This document shows, one piece after another, positions 1-9,260 of a stretch of 26,813 nt of DNA (positions are counted from its first letter, which is position 1; the number at the start of each line of letters is the position of its first letter). Where the stretch lies: UHGV virus genome UHGV-0083306, one strand, 5' to 3'. Both the position numbers and the translations under genes were made by a program. Origin of the DNA: a virus. A model generated the notes under the pieces. The model ran no database searches. It worked only from the letters and a program-made list of their open reading frames with translations, and had not been told where the DNA came from.

Positions 1-31
1 TTTCAAGGTCTTTTGCTAATTGGTTAGCCAT
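1..31 (-). CDS. Start of next late gene (probable major capsid/coat protein), truncated by window edge
   Basis: Minus-strand ATG at 31..29 with GGAG 9 nt upstream, 19 nt after the scaffold stop. It reads MANQLAKDLE and runs off the window. Coat identity is inferred only from the P22-type order portal-scaffold-coat. Confidence 0.4.
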   Translation of the reverse strand, partial: MANQLAKDLE

Positions 32-49
32 GCTTAATGCTCCGATAGG

Positions 50-943
50 TTATTTTTTTGCCTTTTTAGCGGCGAAATACGGCGTCCAGTCACCAGTTTC
101 CAGCGCCTTGGCTTTCAATTTGACGAGGTTGTTGATTACTGCGCCGTTGCTCCCCTTAACTGTCGGGGTTGTGGCTGCCGTGGTTTTTGCTTTTGGCATG
201 ATTCTGGCCTTCGATTCGATACGTTCCAGCAGACGACCAATTGCTACGGGGTTGGTAGCTTCTGCCAGTTGCTTGCGCAGTTCATCGTTGCGACCGAGTG
301 CCAGAACAACGATTTCCGGCTTCTCTGACTCAAACAGGATCGCGTTTTGTGTCTCGATGGGGATTTCCTCGAGTACGGCCTGCTCAGCTTCCTGATAGCC
401 AGGAACTTTGAGAGCCTTAACACGTTGCTGATATTTGGATAATCGCTCTTGATAGGCAGCCTGAAGCTCCTGCTCCTTCTGCTTGCGAGCCATCTCCTGT
501 TGCTGGTACTTGCCGTTATCCTCTGCCCACTTAGCCATGCGTTGCTGGTAGATTTCTTCATCGAAACCGATGTCCTCATCATCCAGTTTTGGCATTCGCG
601 GTGGTTGAGTGATTACCGGCTGCTGCTCGACGGGTTTCTGAGACTGACGCATCAGCTCTTTCAGCTCACGGTCTTTCTCTTTAATCGTCTTGCGCAGGTG
701 TTTTACCAGTCCATGCTCTGCGCCATCTTCGCTGGTTGGCGAATCCAGCTTTTCGTCACCAAAGTAGAATTCCTGTTCTGATTCGTCGTCATCAGTTTCA
801 GTAGCTTCCTCTGCATCATTGCCGGAGGACTCACTGCCATCTTCTGTTTCGACTTCTTCAGCCAGTTCGACATCATCAGGAATCTGCTCTGACGCGTCGG
901 TTTCGATTTCAACTTCTGGTGTGTTTTCTGCCATCTGGTCCAT
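50..943 (-). CDS. Scaffolding protein (P22 gp8-like position and architecture)
   Basis: 297-aa ORF directly after the portal gene. It has a very acidic N-terminus, a long charged coiled-coil-like middle and a basic C-terminal tail (KLKAKALETGDWTPYFAAKKAKK). Called from position and composition, not sequence recall. Confidence 0.65.
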   Translation of the reverse strand: MDQMAENTPEVEIETDASEQIPDDVELAEEVETEDGSESSGNDAEEATETDDDESEQEFYFGDEKLDSPTSEDGAEHGLVKHLRKTIKEKDRELKELMRQSQKPVEQQPVITQPPRMPKLDDEDIGFDEEIYQQRMAKWAEDNGKYQQQEMARKQKEQELQAAYQERLSKYQQRVKALKVPGYQEAEQAVLEEIPIETQNAILFESEKPEIVVLALGRNDELRKQLAEATNPVAIGRLLERIESKARIMPKAKTTAATTPTVKGSNGAVINNLVKLKAKALETGDWTPYFAAKKAKK

Positions 944-1033
944 TTGTTACCCCTGTTTACTCGATGTTCAGCCCATCGGAAGGCAATAGGGTGCCAGGCC
1001 TCATAAAGACAGCCATTGCACGTTATGGGTTAA

Positions 1034-3238
1034 TTACTGCTGTGGTTGTTGCTGAGTTGATTTTTGCAGGATGCTGCTGATGTCCATGCGCTGCGCATGG
1101 CCCTGTGCCTGACTTTTCAGGACAAGCTCCGCATCAGCACGGGCATTGTCTCCTTGCTGTTGCTGGAACTGTCCGAGCAGTTTCAGAGCCTCGCGGATAT
1201 CAGATTTCTGCTGGCTATCGGCAGATGCGAGGATTTTCACAACATTTGCCGCTGCAACCTGAGCATCAGTCTGTGCCTGGAATGCTTTAACCTGAATGGC
1301 TGCCTGTTCGTTCTGCGCTTTCTGCAATTCAGCCTGACCAGCAAGAAGCTGACCTTGCGCAGCAACCATAGCCGGATCCGGCTGACTGGCCTGTTGTTGT
1401 TTCGCCTGCTCAACCATCTGCTGTTCTTCTGGTGTTCTCGGCTTAATAACGCCAGACAGAAGCAACTGATTGCGGTTGTATTCTTTAAGGTCGTCCATCC
1501 CTTCGCCGTCCATATTGTCGAGAATCATCGACGATACAAGGTCATGCTTCGGCGTTCCTGGCGGGATAAGTGCCAGCATGGAAAGCAACGACTTAACCGT
1601 TGCATCACGGCGAGTAGCGAACGACTGACCGACATCGACAGTCACTTCATAGTTACCCTGCGAAAGGTCGTTAAGCGCGATAACCTTCCCTGTCTGACGG
1701 TCAACCACTTCACCAGTCATCAGCGCCACGTCATCGCTGCCATCCTCATTAACGATGCGCATTGGCGTATCGCTGCCATAGACTTCACGAGCCATAGAAA
1801 GCCACACGACGCCAGCACGGCGCATGGATTTAGCCATGTTGTCCATGTAGATATAGGACTGCGTGTCCATCCGGTTAAAGATGCTATCAACGGTATCGGT
1901 AGCGACGTTGCTCGGCATGTTCTCAAGCTGCGACGCACCTGTAATTTGCTGAATAGCCGTTCCGGTGTACTGCAATAGCCCGGCAAGAGCAGGAGGCATT
2001 TGTGTCGGAGGTGTCCAGCCAGCAACCTGAGCCTCTGAAATGACCGTTCCGTTTTTGTCCTTCTTGCTGGTCATGGGAAGAACTGCAGGTCTTTTCTTAT
2101 TCCTCTCTGCCCAGTGATTCATTAATGGACCGGGAATGAAATCAACATCCACGATAGGAATGCCATCACCGCCAGCCTGAGTAGCATTATCTGCAATCAT
2201 GGAAACCATCAGGTTCTCAAGACGCTGTGCATCCATCGCTTTTGCTGCGTGGCCTTCGATTCGCTCCTGATTATCAACAAATGAACGACGCCCATATACC
2301 GGGATGAGAGGAATATGTTCGCCCGGAATACGCTTCGGTTCTTCCAGCCATTCAGCGCCAGACAGAAGACCGCAATAAACTCGGCGTTTCTTCACCGTTC
2401 GCTCGCCAATCAGTTCGAATGCACCATCGGTCAGCTCGTCGACAATATCTTTGATTTGCTCTTCATCATAGATTGCCGTTTCTCCGCTGACAGGGTTACG
2501 CCATGCTGTGAGCTTCACCTTCTCTATGCGGACTTCGTAGTAGCGTCCAACATAGATGGCATCTGGCGTTGACCAGTCATATTGAGTGCCAGTGTCATCA
2601 CGAGAAAGGCTTGCCGCGATGGAATCAGGGTATTCAGCCTCGAACGCTTTAGGCGTCATGGAGAACATTTCCATAGCCCACATAGCATCAGAACGGTCAT
2701 ATTGCTTGCTGTCCTGATCGAAGAAGACGCATGTCGCTGGGTCGTAAACAGGAAGAAGGCTGATGCGTCGCTGCTCGTTACTCGGATCCATTTCATCTTC
2801 GTAATCGGCACACATGCGGAAACAACCGAATCCGCCCGTTACAGCATCATCAAATGCGTTATCACACGCTTCGCCACCGGATGTTTCCTGATAGTCAGCG
2901 CGGAATTTGCCGTTCATCTTTTCGGCTAACGCTTCCGATGCCTTATCGTCCTTCGGCCTGAATTTAACGCTGATGCGATTCTGTCGATACTCGCCAATGA
3001 TGCGATCACATTCACGGGCAATCTTATTCAATTCAAAACGCGGATAATGCTCGAACCTGCCTTCATCAAATGAGTAACCAGCGTTTGTGCTGCCTTCCCA
3101 CTGTGCGCCGGACACCCGGACGAAACGTTGAGCCTCAATAATCTGCTCACGCATATCCTGCGTTGCTGACCAGGCATTATCAAAGTTGCACAGCACCTTG
3201 CGATGCCAGTCAGTCATCTTTCTATCATCAGCCATCAT
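1034..3238 (-). CDS. Portal protein (P22 gp1 family)
   Basis: The track ORF 1034..3250 starts at a TTG. I prefer ATG 3238, which forms an ATGA overlap with the terminase stop. The product is colinear with recalled P22 gp1 (RRVY..GEHIPLIPVYG; C-terminal Q/A-rich barrel DNARADAELVLKSQAQGHAQRMDISSILQ). Confidence 0.9.
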   Translation of the reverse strand: MMADDRKMTDWHRKVLCNFDNAWSATQDMREQIIEAQRFVRVSGAQWEGSTNAGYSFDEGRFEHYPRFELNKIARECDRIIGEYRQNRISVKFRPKDDKASEALAEKMNGKFRADYQETSGGEACDNAFDDAVTGGFGCFRMCADYEDEMDPSNEQRRISLLPVYDPATCVFFDQDSKQYDRSDAMWAMEMFSMTPKAFEAEYPDSIAASLSRDDTGTQYDWSTPDAIYVGRYYEVRIEKVKLTAWRNPVSGETAIYDEEQIKDIVDELTDGAFELIGERTVKKRRVYCGLLSGAEWLEEPKRIPGEHIPLIPVYGRRSFVDNQERIEGHAAKAMDAQRLENLMVSMIADNATQAGGDGIPIVDVDFIPGPLMNHWAERNKKRPAVLPMTSKKDKNGTVISEAQVAGWTPPTQMPPALAGLLQYTGTAIQQITGASQLENMPSNVATDTVDSIFNRMDTQSYIYMDNMAKSMRRAGVVWLSMAREVYGSDTPMRIVNEDGSDDVALMTGEVVDRQTGKVIALNDLSQGNYEVTVDVGQSFATRRDATVKSLLSMLALIPPGTPKHDLVSSMILDNMDGEGMDDLKEYNRNQLLLSGVIKPRTPEEQQMVEQAKQQQASQPDPAMVAAQGQLLAGQAELQKAQNEQAAIQVKAFQAQTDAQVAAANVVKILASADSQQKSDIREALKLLGQFQQQQGDNARADAELVLKSQAQGHAQRMDISSILQKSTQQQPQQ

Positions 3239-4731
3239 CCAACTCCGCAAGGTATGTTGTAGCTTGAGTAATCAATCTCTTTAGGATCTTTGATGTCTCG
3301 CATCTGTATTGCAAAACGCCTCATCATGTAGCCATAGCGAACAGCAGAAAGGATGTCGTCATTTAGCTTGACGATCTTCCCGTTCTCATCGCGGTGATAC
3401 AGGCGAAACTCTTCAAAGAATGGCTCGCAGGTGTTAAATACCTTGAAACGACCGTCGAGCATCATGTCGCGTATCTCTGCTATCCCGGGTTCGACCGCAT
3501 TACCTCCATCAGGCCATGTTGCATGATCTGGCAACATATCGAACCCAGCGTCGGCGTATTGTTCCTTGAGCTGAGCGCCGCCTCCCTTTTCGTGCTGATG
3601 CCCGTCATGAGGCCAAGCCGTAGGGGTGTTTTTGCTCCATGCTTTAACAGCACTCCATGCCTCTGTCGCCTTCTTCTGTTTGGCCTTCCAGACGCGAGAA
3701 AGATAAATCACGTCCTCGTCTTTATCCCACCAAAGCTGGATGTGTGCCTGTGGGTGATCCCATCCGAAGTCCATTGCATTGATGACGTAGAAGTGATCAG
3801 GACACTCGAACGGCTGACACTTAATAGTCTCTTCCGGTATCTGGAAGATTCGACCACTACCCATCGTAGGAATACCGCGAGCACGCGCCTCTCTCTCATG
3901 CTCAGGATAGGATGCGATGATTTGCTCTTTCTGCTCGTCGGTATAGTGCTCAGCGTCATAGATGGTCATGTTGACCACTTTCTGCGACTTGCTGGGATTC
4001 TTCAGGAACTTGGTAACAACGTCAGACATCCCCATCAGCGGGGTAAACGTCAGAATTGAGAATTGCCCGTATTTGTTGGTACGGGTAAGACCTTCGCCAT
4101 AAATGCTGTATGGTGGCTCTTCGTCAAACCACACGCCGTGGATTGTGTCACCCTGCCAGCGAGCGCGGCCTTGCGAGTATGGTTTGAAGTAGCAGATTGA
4201 AATGCCATCTTCAACGCCATCAGTCGTGTGATGCTTAACCAGAAGATGATCAACAAGGTTCGGAAAGAAAGGAGACTTCTTCCAGCTAATGATGTCCTCT
4301 TTCGGTATTGAACCGTAGCCCGGCTCATCATTCTCTTCAATACGACCGCACAGGATGCGTTGAGTCGTTTTGGTTACCGTCTCGTTTGTCTCGCCGCCAA
4401 TCCAGAAGACAACAGGCTCATAGAAACGCTTACCTTTCCACTCACCGCCATATTTACCATCAGCAGGATAGCCTTTTGTGCCCGGATAACGCCCGGTAAG
4501 GTGAAACGCGACTTCAGCAGCACCAGTAAATGACTTACCAAGCTGGTTACCAGCCATAAAACAGCGCTCTGGATAGTCATGTCCGGCGTCGATGAACTCA
4601 CGCTGTTTGCTGTATGGCGTAAATTCATATAGCAGGTGTGTGTTCCGGTAGTTCTCTTCTTCTTCGAGTAGCTCGAGCAACTCGATTTGCTCTTCGTCGC
4701 TCAGGTTATCAAGAATCGCGTCCAGTTCCAC
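3235..4731 (-). CDS. Terminase large subunit (P22 gp2 family)
   Basis: 498 aa, beginning [29 protein letters not shown], with a Walker-A-like GNQLGKS. Size and position match P22 gp2. It overlaps terS by 23 nt. Confidence 0.92.
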   Translation of the reverse strand: MELDAILDNLSDEEQIELLELLEEEENYRNTHLLYEFTPYSKQREFIDAGHDYPERCFMAGNQLGKSFTGAAEVAFHLTGRYPGTKGYPADGKYGGEWKGKRFYEPVVFWIGGETNETVTKTTQRILCGRIEENDEPGYGSIPKEDIISWKKSPFFPNLVDHLLVKHHTTDGVEDGISICYFKPYSQGRARWQGDTIHGVWFDEEPPYSIYGEGLTRTNKYGQFSILTFTPLMGMSDVVTKFLKNPSKSQKVVNMTIYDAEHYTDEQKEQIIASYPEHEREARARGIPTMGSGRIFQIPEETIKCQPFECPDHFYVINAMDFGWDHPQAHIQLWWDKDEDVIYLSRVWKAKQKKATEAWSAVKAWSKNTPTAWPHDGHQHEKGGGAQLKEQYADAGFDMLPDHATWPDGGNAVEPGIAEIRDMMLDGRFKVFNTCEPFFEEFRLYHRDENGKIVKLNDDILSAVRYGYMMRRFAIQMRDIKDPKEIDYSSYNIPCGVG

Positions 4732-5197
4732 GGTTGAATAGCTCCTTGATACGAGAGCGCCGCTTATCGCGATCTCCCTTATCAGGTGTCACGTCTTCAA
4801 CTTGCGACTGCTCTTTGAGGCCCAAATCACGGGCGATGATGTTAGCGTTGAGAAGGTCAGCGGCTGCGCCAGAGAATTTCTGGTCGTAGATGATGTCTTC
4901 CGCTCGTGATGTGACGTCAGAAAAACCTTCCATTGACCGGAAGGTTCCCCATGTTTGCCTGGTGATATCAAGGAAGGTACACAATCCTGAAATAGTCATG
5001 GCTCGCATCTTAGGGACATTAGCCTTAATTATTTCTCCCTGATATGAAAATACCTTACCCTCCCATAGCGGGTTATCATCAGCCCACTCGAAGTATTCAC
5101 AACAAGCAGCCCACAGCGCCTCAGGCGATTCGAATTTAGGATTTCGCCCATGACTACTGCGGGCCTCCCAAAATCGGTTGCCCTTTGGTGCTGCCAT
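4709..5197 (-). CDS. Terminase small subunit (P22 gp3 family)
   Basis: 162 aa. The N- and C-termini ([29 protein letters not shown] / [24 protein letters not shown]) match recalled P22 gp3. The central part, where the P22 pac site lies, differs, so I cannot place a pac site. Confidence 0.9.
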   Translation of the reverse strand: MAAPKGNRFWEARSSHGRNPKFESPEALWAACCEYFEWADDNPLWEGKVFSYQGEIIKANVPKMRAMTISGLCTFLDITRQTWGTFRSMEGFSDVTSRAEDIIYDQKFSGAAADLLNANIIARDLGLKEQSQVEDVTPDKGDRDKRRSRIKELFNRGTGRDS

Positions 5198-5202
5198 ATT
5201 GA

Positions 5203-5274
5203 TTATTTCCCTTCTGCTTGCTTATCCCATTCATCGCGGAATTTGGATGGGTTGTCGAAACCTTGAGTTGCCAT
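5203..5274 (-). CDS. 23-aa micro-ORF between the 80-aa ORF and terS
   Basis: [23 protein letters not shown]. Its ATG lies 2 nt after the upstream stop and its stop lies 5 nt before terS. Tight packing is the only support. Confidence 0.25.
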   Translation of the reverse strand: MATQGFDNPSKFRDEWDKQAEGK

Positions 5275-5276
5275 GT

Positions 5277-5519
5277 TTATGCTCCGGTAGTGAACAGGTC
5301 TAACGCTTCCTTCGATTTACGCACCGCTTCGATAGTGCGGGTCGTGATATCTGAATTAGCGCCGCCTGACTGGAAGTGAATTTTGAATAGCTCAAGCTTC
5401 AGCTCGTCAGTGCCAATGAACTGAAATGCTTCTTCTGCGGCTGCGTTCTGGTTCATGACCAGCTTGTAAATCTCTAACTGGAATTTCTGTTCTTCAGTCA
5501 TGGGAATAATCTCTGCCAT
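5277..5519 (-). CDS. Hypothetical protein (80 aa) upstream of terminase genes
   Basis: ATG 5519 is preceded by GGAG plus 6 nt. It occupies the slot of the small conserved ORF upstream of gene 3 in P22-like phages. No recognisable domain. Confidence 0.55.
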   Translation of the reverse strand: MAEIIPMTEEQKFQLEIYKLVMNQNAAAEEAFQFIGTDELKLELFKIHFQSGGANSDITTRTIEAVRKSKEALDLFTTGA

Positions 5520-5814
5520 TGTTGGCTCCGTTTATCCGTTAAAAGGGATATCAGTTAAGTTATCCCGTGTAGGGTATAAGCCATTGTCGAGACCACTCAT
5601 TGAATGGTCTCTGCAATAACCGATGTCTTTCCATCAGTCCGCCACCACAAAGAATCTTTTTTGCCATCAGGCAGGAGGTTCATCTTTCAGTGGCTGCCAG
5701 TGTTATTTCCCCACTTTCTGGCTTGGGTTGTTTCGCTGTACTGCCGTTAATTAGTGACCAGAAATTAACTCCGGTTTCATTATCAAGCCCACCCGTAGAT
5801 GGGCTTTGTAATGG

Positions 5815-6072
5815 CTACTTCGCTTTTGCTTCCGCTCGCTTACGCCGGCGCTCTTCTTTCCTCTCGGCTTTTGCCATGTCCATGAATGCCTGCATGATCG
5901 AGTTCCGCATCATGTAGCTAACAAAGTGATGATTGACACAGCCGTTGAGGCGCAGCTGCTCGCCAAACTCATCCACCGAGGCCAATGCTTCCATCATGCC
6001 CTTCTCGCCTTTCATGAACTCTGAGAAGTCGCGCCCCGCTCTGGAGGCGCATTCAATGACACGATCACTCAT
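5815..6072 (-). CDS. Hypothetical protein (85 aa) with basic C-terminal helix
   Basis: ATGA start/stop overlap with the KilA-N gene. The tail is KAERKEERRRKRAEAKAK. Confidence 0.6.
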   Translation of the reverse strand: MSDRVIECASRAGRDFSEFMKGEKGMMEALASVDEFGEQLRLNGCVNHHFVSYMMRNSIMQAFMDMAKAERKEERRRKRAEAKAK

Positions 6073-6566
6073 CCCGGAAGCCCGGGGATCGTAATCTGCA
6101 GCTGGTTAGCCAGGGAGTTAATCTCAGCGACCAACACTGGCTTCGTATAGCGCCATGCTGCCAGCCCTTGTCCGCAGAAGCTCGCCATGTCTTTCTTCTG
6201 GTCAAACTCATGACATTTCATGTTGAGCTGCGCACTTAAGCTGTTGCGATGCTGAAGTTCTCCGGTGAAGTAGTCATCGAGGACTTTATAGGCCGCGTAC
6301 TTGAACCCGGGGTTTAACCAAGCCGCATAATCGTAAGCAACAAACTTCCCGCCATATGTTCCACCGTGTACACCGCGCTCAGTAAAAACCACAGATTCGT
6401 GGTTTTTCTCCAGCTCGGCTAAGAACTCTTTGGTCTGCTTGTTTCGCAGGTAGTGGTAAGGCGATTCAGATTCACTTTTACCACTGGCTTTCCACATATC
6501 AGTGAGGCAGATCATGCCATCTTCACCGATACGAATTGGTTGATTGAAGAGGGTTAATGATTTCAT
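6069..6566 (-). CDS. KilA-N domain protein
   Basis: 165 aa. The N-terminal ~100 aa show KilA-N hallmarks (IRIGEDGMICLTDMWKASG, KEFLAELEK, GTYGGKFVAYDYAAWLNP). Confidence 0.7.
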   Translation of the reverse strand: MKSLTLFNQPIRIGEDGMICLTDMWKASGKSESESPYHYLRNKQTKEFLAELEKNHESVVFTERGVHGGTYGGKFVAYDYAAWLNPGFKYAAYKVLDDYFTGELQHRNSLSAQLNMKCHEFDQKKDMASFCGQGLAAWRYTKPVLVAEINSLANQLQITIPGLPG

Positions 6567-6680
6567 AGCGTGTACCTACTCTTTGAAATGAACCTTTGCC
6601 GCACAGGAAACCAGCCCACCGAGGCTCGCCAGCACTAACTGGTATCCTCAAAGGCCCATTCCAAAGGGGCAGGTTCGGTG

Positions 6681-6706
6681 TAAAAAACATGCGTTGCGGT
6701 ACGCAT
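6681..6706 (-). terminator. Intrinsic terminator (distal of a tandem pair after Rz)
   Basis: Minus strand: ATGCGT-6 nt-ACGCAT stem, then GTTTTTTA. Confidence 0.6.
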
Positions 6707-6711
6707 TTATT

Positions 6712-6735
6712 GGAAAAAGCCCCGCATCGCGAGGC
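6712..6735 (-). terminator. Intrinsic terminator (proximal, 33 nt after Rz stop)
   Basis: Minus strand: GCCTCGC-GAT-GCGGGGC stem, then TTTTTCC. Confidence 0.65.
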
Positions 6736-6767
6736 TCATTAAATGGACTTTGTGATTTGCAAAAAAA

Positions 6768-7205
6768 TTATTTCAGGCATTGCGTCCTGATGTACTCCTG
6801 CAGGTAGTTAACCTGCGCGGTTATCCTGTCGATTCCACTTCGTAGACGGTAATAATTGAGTTCAGCATCTGCTGTAAGTCTTGGGCTTTCTCCATCGCCC
6901 ATGCTGCTGGCTCCGGTCGTTGACTTTGCACAGGTGGCGGCGACTTGCATGCGCTTACGACCAGCAGAAACATCAGCACGGAGACTTTCGATAGTCGCGT
7001 TAGCATCAGCAAGCTCCTTTGTATATCTGGCGTCGAGTTCTGCTACATTGCGTTGACGTTTCTGCATGTCAGCGATAATGAATGCGGCCTTATCGCGCTG
7101 TTCTTTATAGGTAATGGCGTTATCACGGTAATGATTAACCGCCCATGACAGGCAGACGATGATGCAGATAACCAGAGCAGAGATAATCGCGGTTACTCTG
7201 CTCAT
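6768..7205 (-). CDS. Rz: Rz i-spanin
   Basis: 145 aa. The N-terminal TM anchor [34 protein letters not shown] equals recalled lambda Rz; the rest diverges and has P22 gp15-like length. ATGA overlap with the R stop. Confidence 0.9.
   Translation of the reverse strand: MSRVTAIISALVICIIVCLSWAVNHYRDNAITYKEQRDKAAFIIADMQKRQRNVAELDARYTKELADANATIESLRADVSAGRKRMQVAATCAKSTTGASSMGDGESPRLTADAELNYYRLRSGIDRITAQVNYLQEYIRTQCLK
6821..7012 (-). CDS. Rz1: Rz1 o-spanin lipoprotein, embedded out of frame within Rz
   Basis: Signal peptide with lipobox LVVSAC, followed by a proline-rich mature part ([16 protein letters not shown]), as in lambda Rz1. The exact start Met is uncertain. Confidence 0.8.
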   Translation of the reverse strand: MLMLTRLSKVSVLMFLLVVSACKSPPPVQSQRPEPAAWAMEKAQDLQQMLNSIITVYEVESTG

Positions 7206-7678
7206 ACCTCAATCTCTCTGACCGCTCCGCCAGCCTCTTTGAATTTTGCAATCAGGCTGTCAGCCTTATGCTCGAACTGGCCATAACCAGCACCCGGCAG
7301 TGAAGCCCAGATATTGCTGCAACGGTCGATTGCCTGACGGATATCACCGCGATCAATCATCGGTAAAGCGCCACGCTCTTTAATCTGCTGCAATGCCACA
7401 GCGTCCTGGCTTTTCGGAGAGAAGTCTTTCAGGCCAAGCTGCTTGCGGTAGGCATCCCACCAACGGGAAAGAAGCTGGTAACGTCCGGCGGCTGTTGATT
7501 TGAGTTTGGGGTTTAGCGTGACAAGTTTGCGAGGGTGATCGGAGTAATCAGTGAATAGCTCTCCGCCAACAATGACGTCATAACCATGATTTCTGGTTTT
7601 CTGACGTCCGTTATCAGTTCCCTCTGACCACGCCAGCATATCGAGGAACGCCTTACGTTGATTATTGATTTCCACCAT
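7202..7678 (-). CDS. R: Endolysin, lambda R lytic transglycosylase
   Basis: 158 aa, essentially the recalled lambda R sequence ([39 protein letters not shown]...). Confidence 0.95.
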   Translation of the reverse strand: MVEINNQRKAFLDMLAWSEGTDNGRQKTRNHGYDVIVGGELFTDYSDHPRKLVTLNPKLKSTAAGRYQLLSRWWDAYRKQLGLKDFSPKSQDAVALQQIKERGALPMIDRGDIRQAIDRCSNIWASLPGAGYGQFEHKADSLIAKFKEAGGAVREIEV

Positions 7679-7985
7679 CTTCTACTCCGGCTTTTTTAGC
7701 AGCGAAGCGTTTGATAAGCGAACCTATCGAGTCAGTACCGATGTAGCCGATGAACACGCTCGTTATATAAGCGAGATTGCTACTTAGTCCTGCGAAGTCG
7801 AGAAGGTCACGAATGAACCAGGCGATAATGGCGCACATCGTTGCGTCGATTACTGTTTTTGTAAACGCACCGCCATTATATCTGCCGCGAAGGTACGCCA
7901 TTGCAAACGCAAGGATTGCCCCGATGCCTTGTTCCTTTGCCGCAAGAATGGCGGCTAACAGGTCATGTTTTTCTGGCATCTTCAT
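7662..7985 (-). CDS. S: Holin/antiholin, lambda S
   Basis: 107 aa matching recalled lambda S, including the Met1-Lys2-Met3 dual start (S107/S105). Confidence 0.95.
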   Translation of the reverse strand: MKMPEKHDLLAAILAAKEQGIGAILAFAMAYLRGRYNGGAFTKTVIDATMCAIIAWFIRDLLDFAGLSSNLAYITSVFIGYIGTDSIGSLIKRFAAKKAGVEDGGNQ

Positions 7986-8102
7986 GTCTTACCCCCAATA
8001 AGGGGATTTGCTCTATTTAATTAGGAATAAGGTCGATTACTGATAGAACAAATCCAGGCTACTGTGTTTAGTAATCAGATTTGTTCGTGACCGATATGCA
8101 CG

Positions 8103-8140
8103 GGCAAAACGGCAGGAGGTTGTTAGCGCAACCTCCTGCC
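8103..8140 (-). terminator. Terminator-like hairpin in the S leader
   Basis: Minus strand: 11-bp stem GGCAGGAGGTT/AACCTCCTGCC followed by GTTTTG. I recall the same hairpin in lambda. Its function is unproven. Confidence 0.35.
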
Positions 8141-8389
8141 ACCCGCGTTCACGAAGGTCATGTGTAGAAGGCCGCAGCGTAACTATCACTGATGAATTCA
8201 GGATAGCCAGTGGCTACGGCTCAGTTTGGGTCGTGCTGTTGCTGGGCGGCGATGACGCCTGTACGCATTTGGTGATCCGGTTCTGCTTCCGGTATTCGCT
8301 TAATTCAGCACAACGGAAAGAGCACTGGCTAACCAGGCTCGCCGACTCTTCACGATTATCGACTCAATGCTCTTACCTGTTGTGCAGAT

Positions 8390-8447
8390 ATAAAAAATCC
8401 CGAAACCGTTATGCAGGCTCTAACTATTACCTGCGAACTGTTTCGGG
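8390..8447 (-). terminator. tR' terminator (end of the pR' 6S-type transcript)
   Basis: Long hairpin CCCGAAAC...GTTTCGGG (8399..8447), followed on the minus strand by ATTTTTTATA. It matches recalled lambda tR'. Confidence 0.8.
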
Positions 8448-8580
8448 ATTGCATTTTGCAGACCTCTCTGCCTGCGATGGTTGGAGTTCCAGACGATACG
8501 TCGAAGTGACCAACTAGGCGGAATCGGTAGTAAGCGCCGCCTCTTTTCATCTCACTACCACAACGAGCGAATTAACCCAT

Positions 8581-9072
8581 CTATCCCATACTGGAGAATT
8601 CACCATGATATTTTATCCTGGCATTTTCCATTGCCTTTCTAGCCTCCTCGATATCGTCAAAACACCCTACATGAATCCTTTTACCATTGACTCTAATTCT
8701 TCCAACCCACTTGTTTGCAGCAGAATTAAAAGTCACCCCCTTCACACCAGATGAATTGTTTTTCCTCATCTTGCTGTTCCATGAGTTTTGAGTGTTAGTA
8801 ACAACACGAAGATTGGCTATCCGGTTATCAGACCTATCACCATTAATATGGTCAATCACATCGGTTGGCCAATCATTGTAAACCATCAGCCATGCAATTC
8901 TATGGACATATAGCCGCATTCCATAAAGTTTTACCTGCAGATATCCATTGGTTTTATAGCCAACAACAGCGCCATAGATAAATCTAGAGGACCGAGGTGG
9001 ATTCTTCCATGTAAGAATTCCAGTATCTGGATTGTAATTAAAAAGTCTCAATGCATCTTCACGTTTTAACAT
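8581..9072 (-). CDS. HNH homing endonuclease with AP2-like DNA-binding domain
   Basis: 163 aa. HNH_3-type motif HRIAWLMVY..VIDHINGDRSDNRIANLR..TNTQN, then an AP2-like GVKGVTF..KWVGRIRVNGKRIHVGCFDDIEEA. Confidence 0.85.
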   Translation of the reverse strand: MLKREDALRLFNYNPDTGILTWKNPPRSSRFIYGAVVGYKTNGYLQVKLYGMRLYVHRIAWLMVYNDWPTDVIDHINGDRSDNRIANLRVVTNTQNSWNSKMRKNNSSGVKGVTFNSAANKWVGRIRVNGKRIHVGCFDDIEEARKAMENARIKYHGEFSSMG

Positions 9073-9092
9073 AGGCGAACCACATAGATATT

Positions 9093-9157
9093 AGAGCCTG
9101 CTGACATAGAAATATCACCACGAGAGAAGTCGCCAAAAGCGATATTTCTCAGGCTCT
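9093..9157 (-). other. Interrupted 17-bp hairpin in the 5' UTR of the HNH gene
   Basis: AGAGCCTG/CAGGCTCT (8 bp) plus AGAAATATC/GATATTTCT (9 bp), with a 7-nt bulge and a 24-nt loop. It ends 20 nt before the ATG, which lacks a strong SD. Confidence 0.4.
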
Positions 9158-9260
9158 ATTCCTATGTGCTCTCGAGTTTATGATGCGCATGTCAGTGCGC
9201 TTAGAACTTAAAGATGAGGTGGGTAAAAGCTTAAAGAATGTGAACGGATATAAATCTGCC

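Larger units (their letters stand above)
8577..9258 (-). mobile_element. ~682-bp AT-rich HNH endonuclease cassette inserted in the pR'-tR' leader
   Basis: Lambda-type sequence stops after TAAATTTGACCCAAGAATGG (9259) and resumes at GATGGGTTAATTCGC (8581 downward). ATGG is present at both edges. The insert is AT-rich relative to its flanks. Confidence 0.6.

Noticed and set aside
1064-1978. 304-aa + strand ORF
   Set aside because: It is entirely antisense to the well-supported portal gene. It has no SD and a low-complexity Leu/Arg-rich translation, typical of a shadow ORF.
3394-4059. 221-aa + strand ORF
   Set aside because: Antisense shadow of the terminase large-subunit gene, with no independent support.
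5600-5917. 105-aa + strand ORF
   Set aside because: It runs opposite to the whole late operon, overlaps the 85-aa gene antisense and has no SD.
8233-8550. 64-aa (minus) and 94-aa (+) ORFs across the 6S/tR' region
   Set aside because: They span the tR' hairpin and the untranslated lambda-type leader. The minus-strand one corresponds to a questionable hypothetical ORF I recall being annotated in this region of lambda. There are no translation signals.
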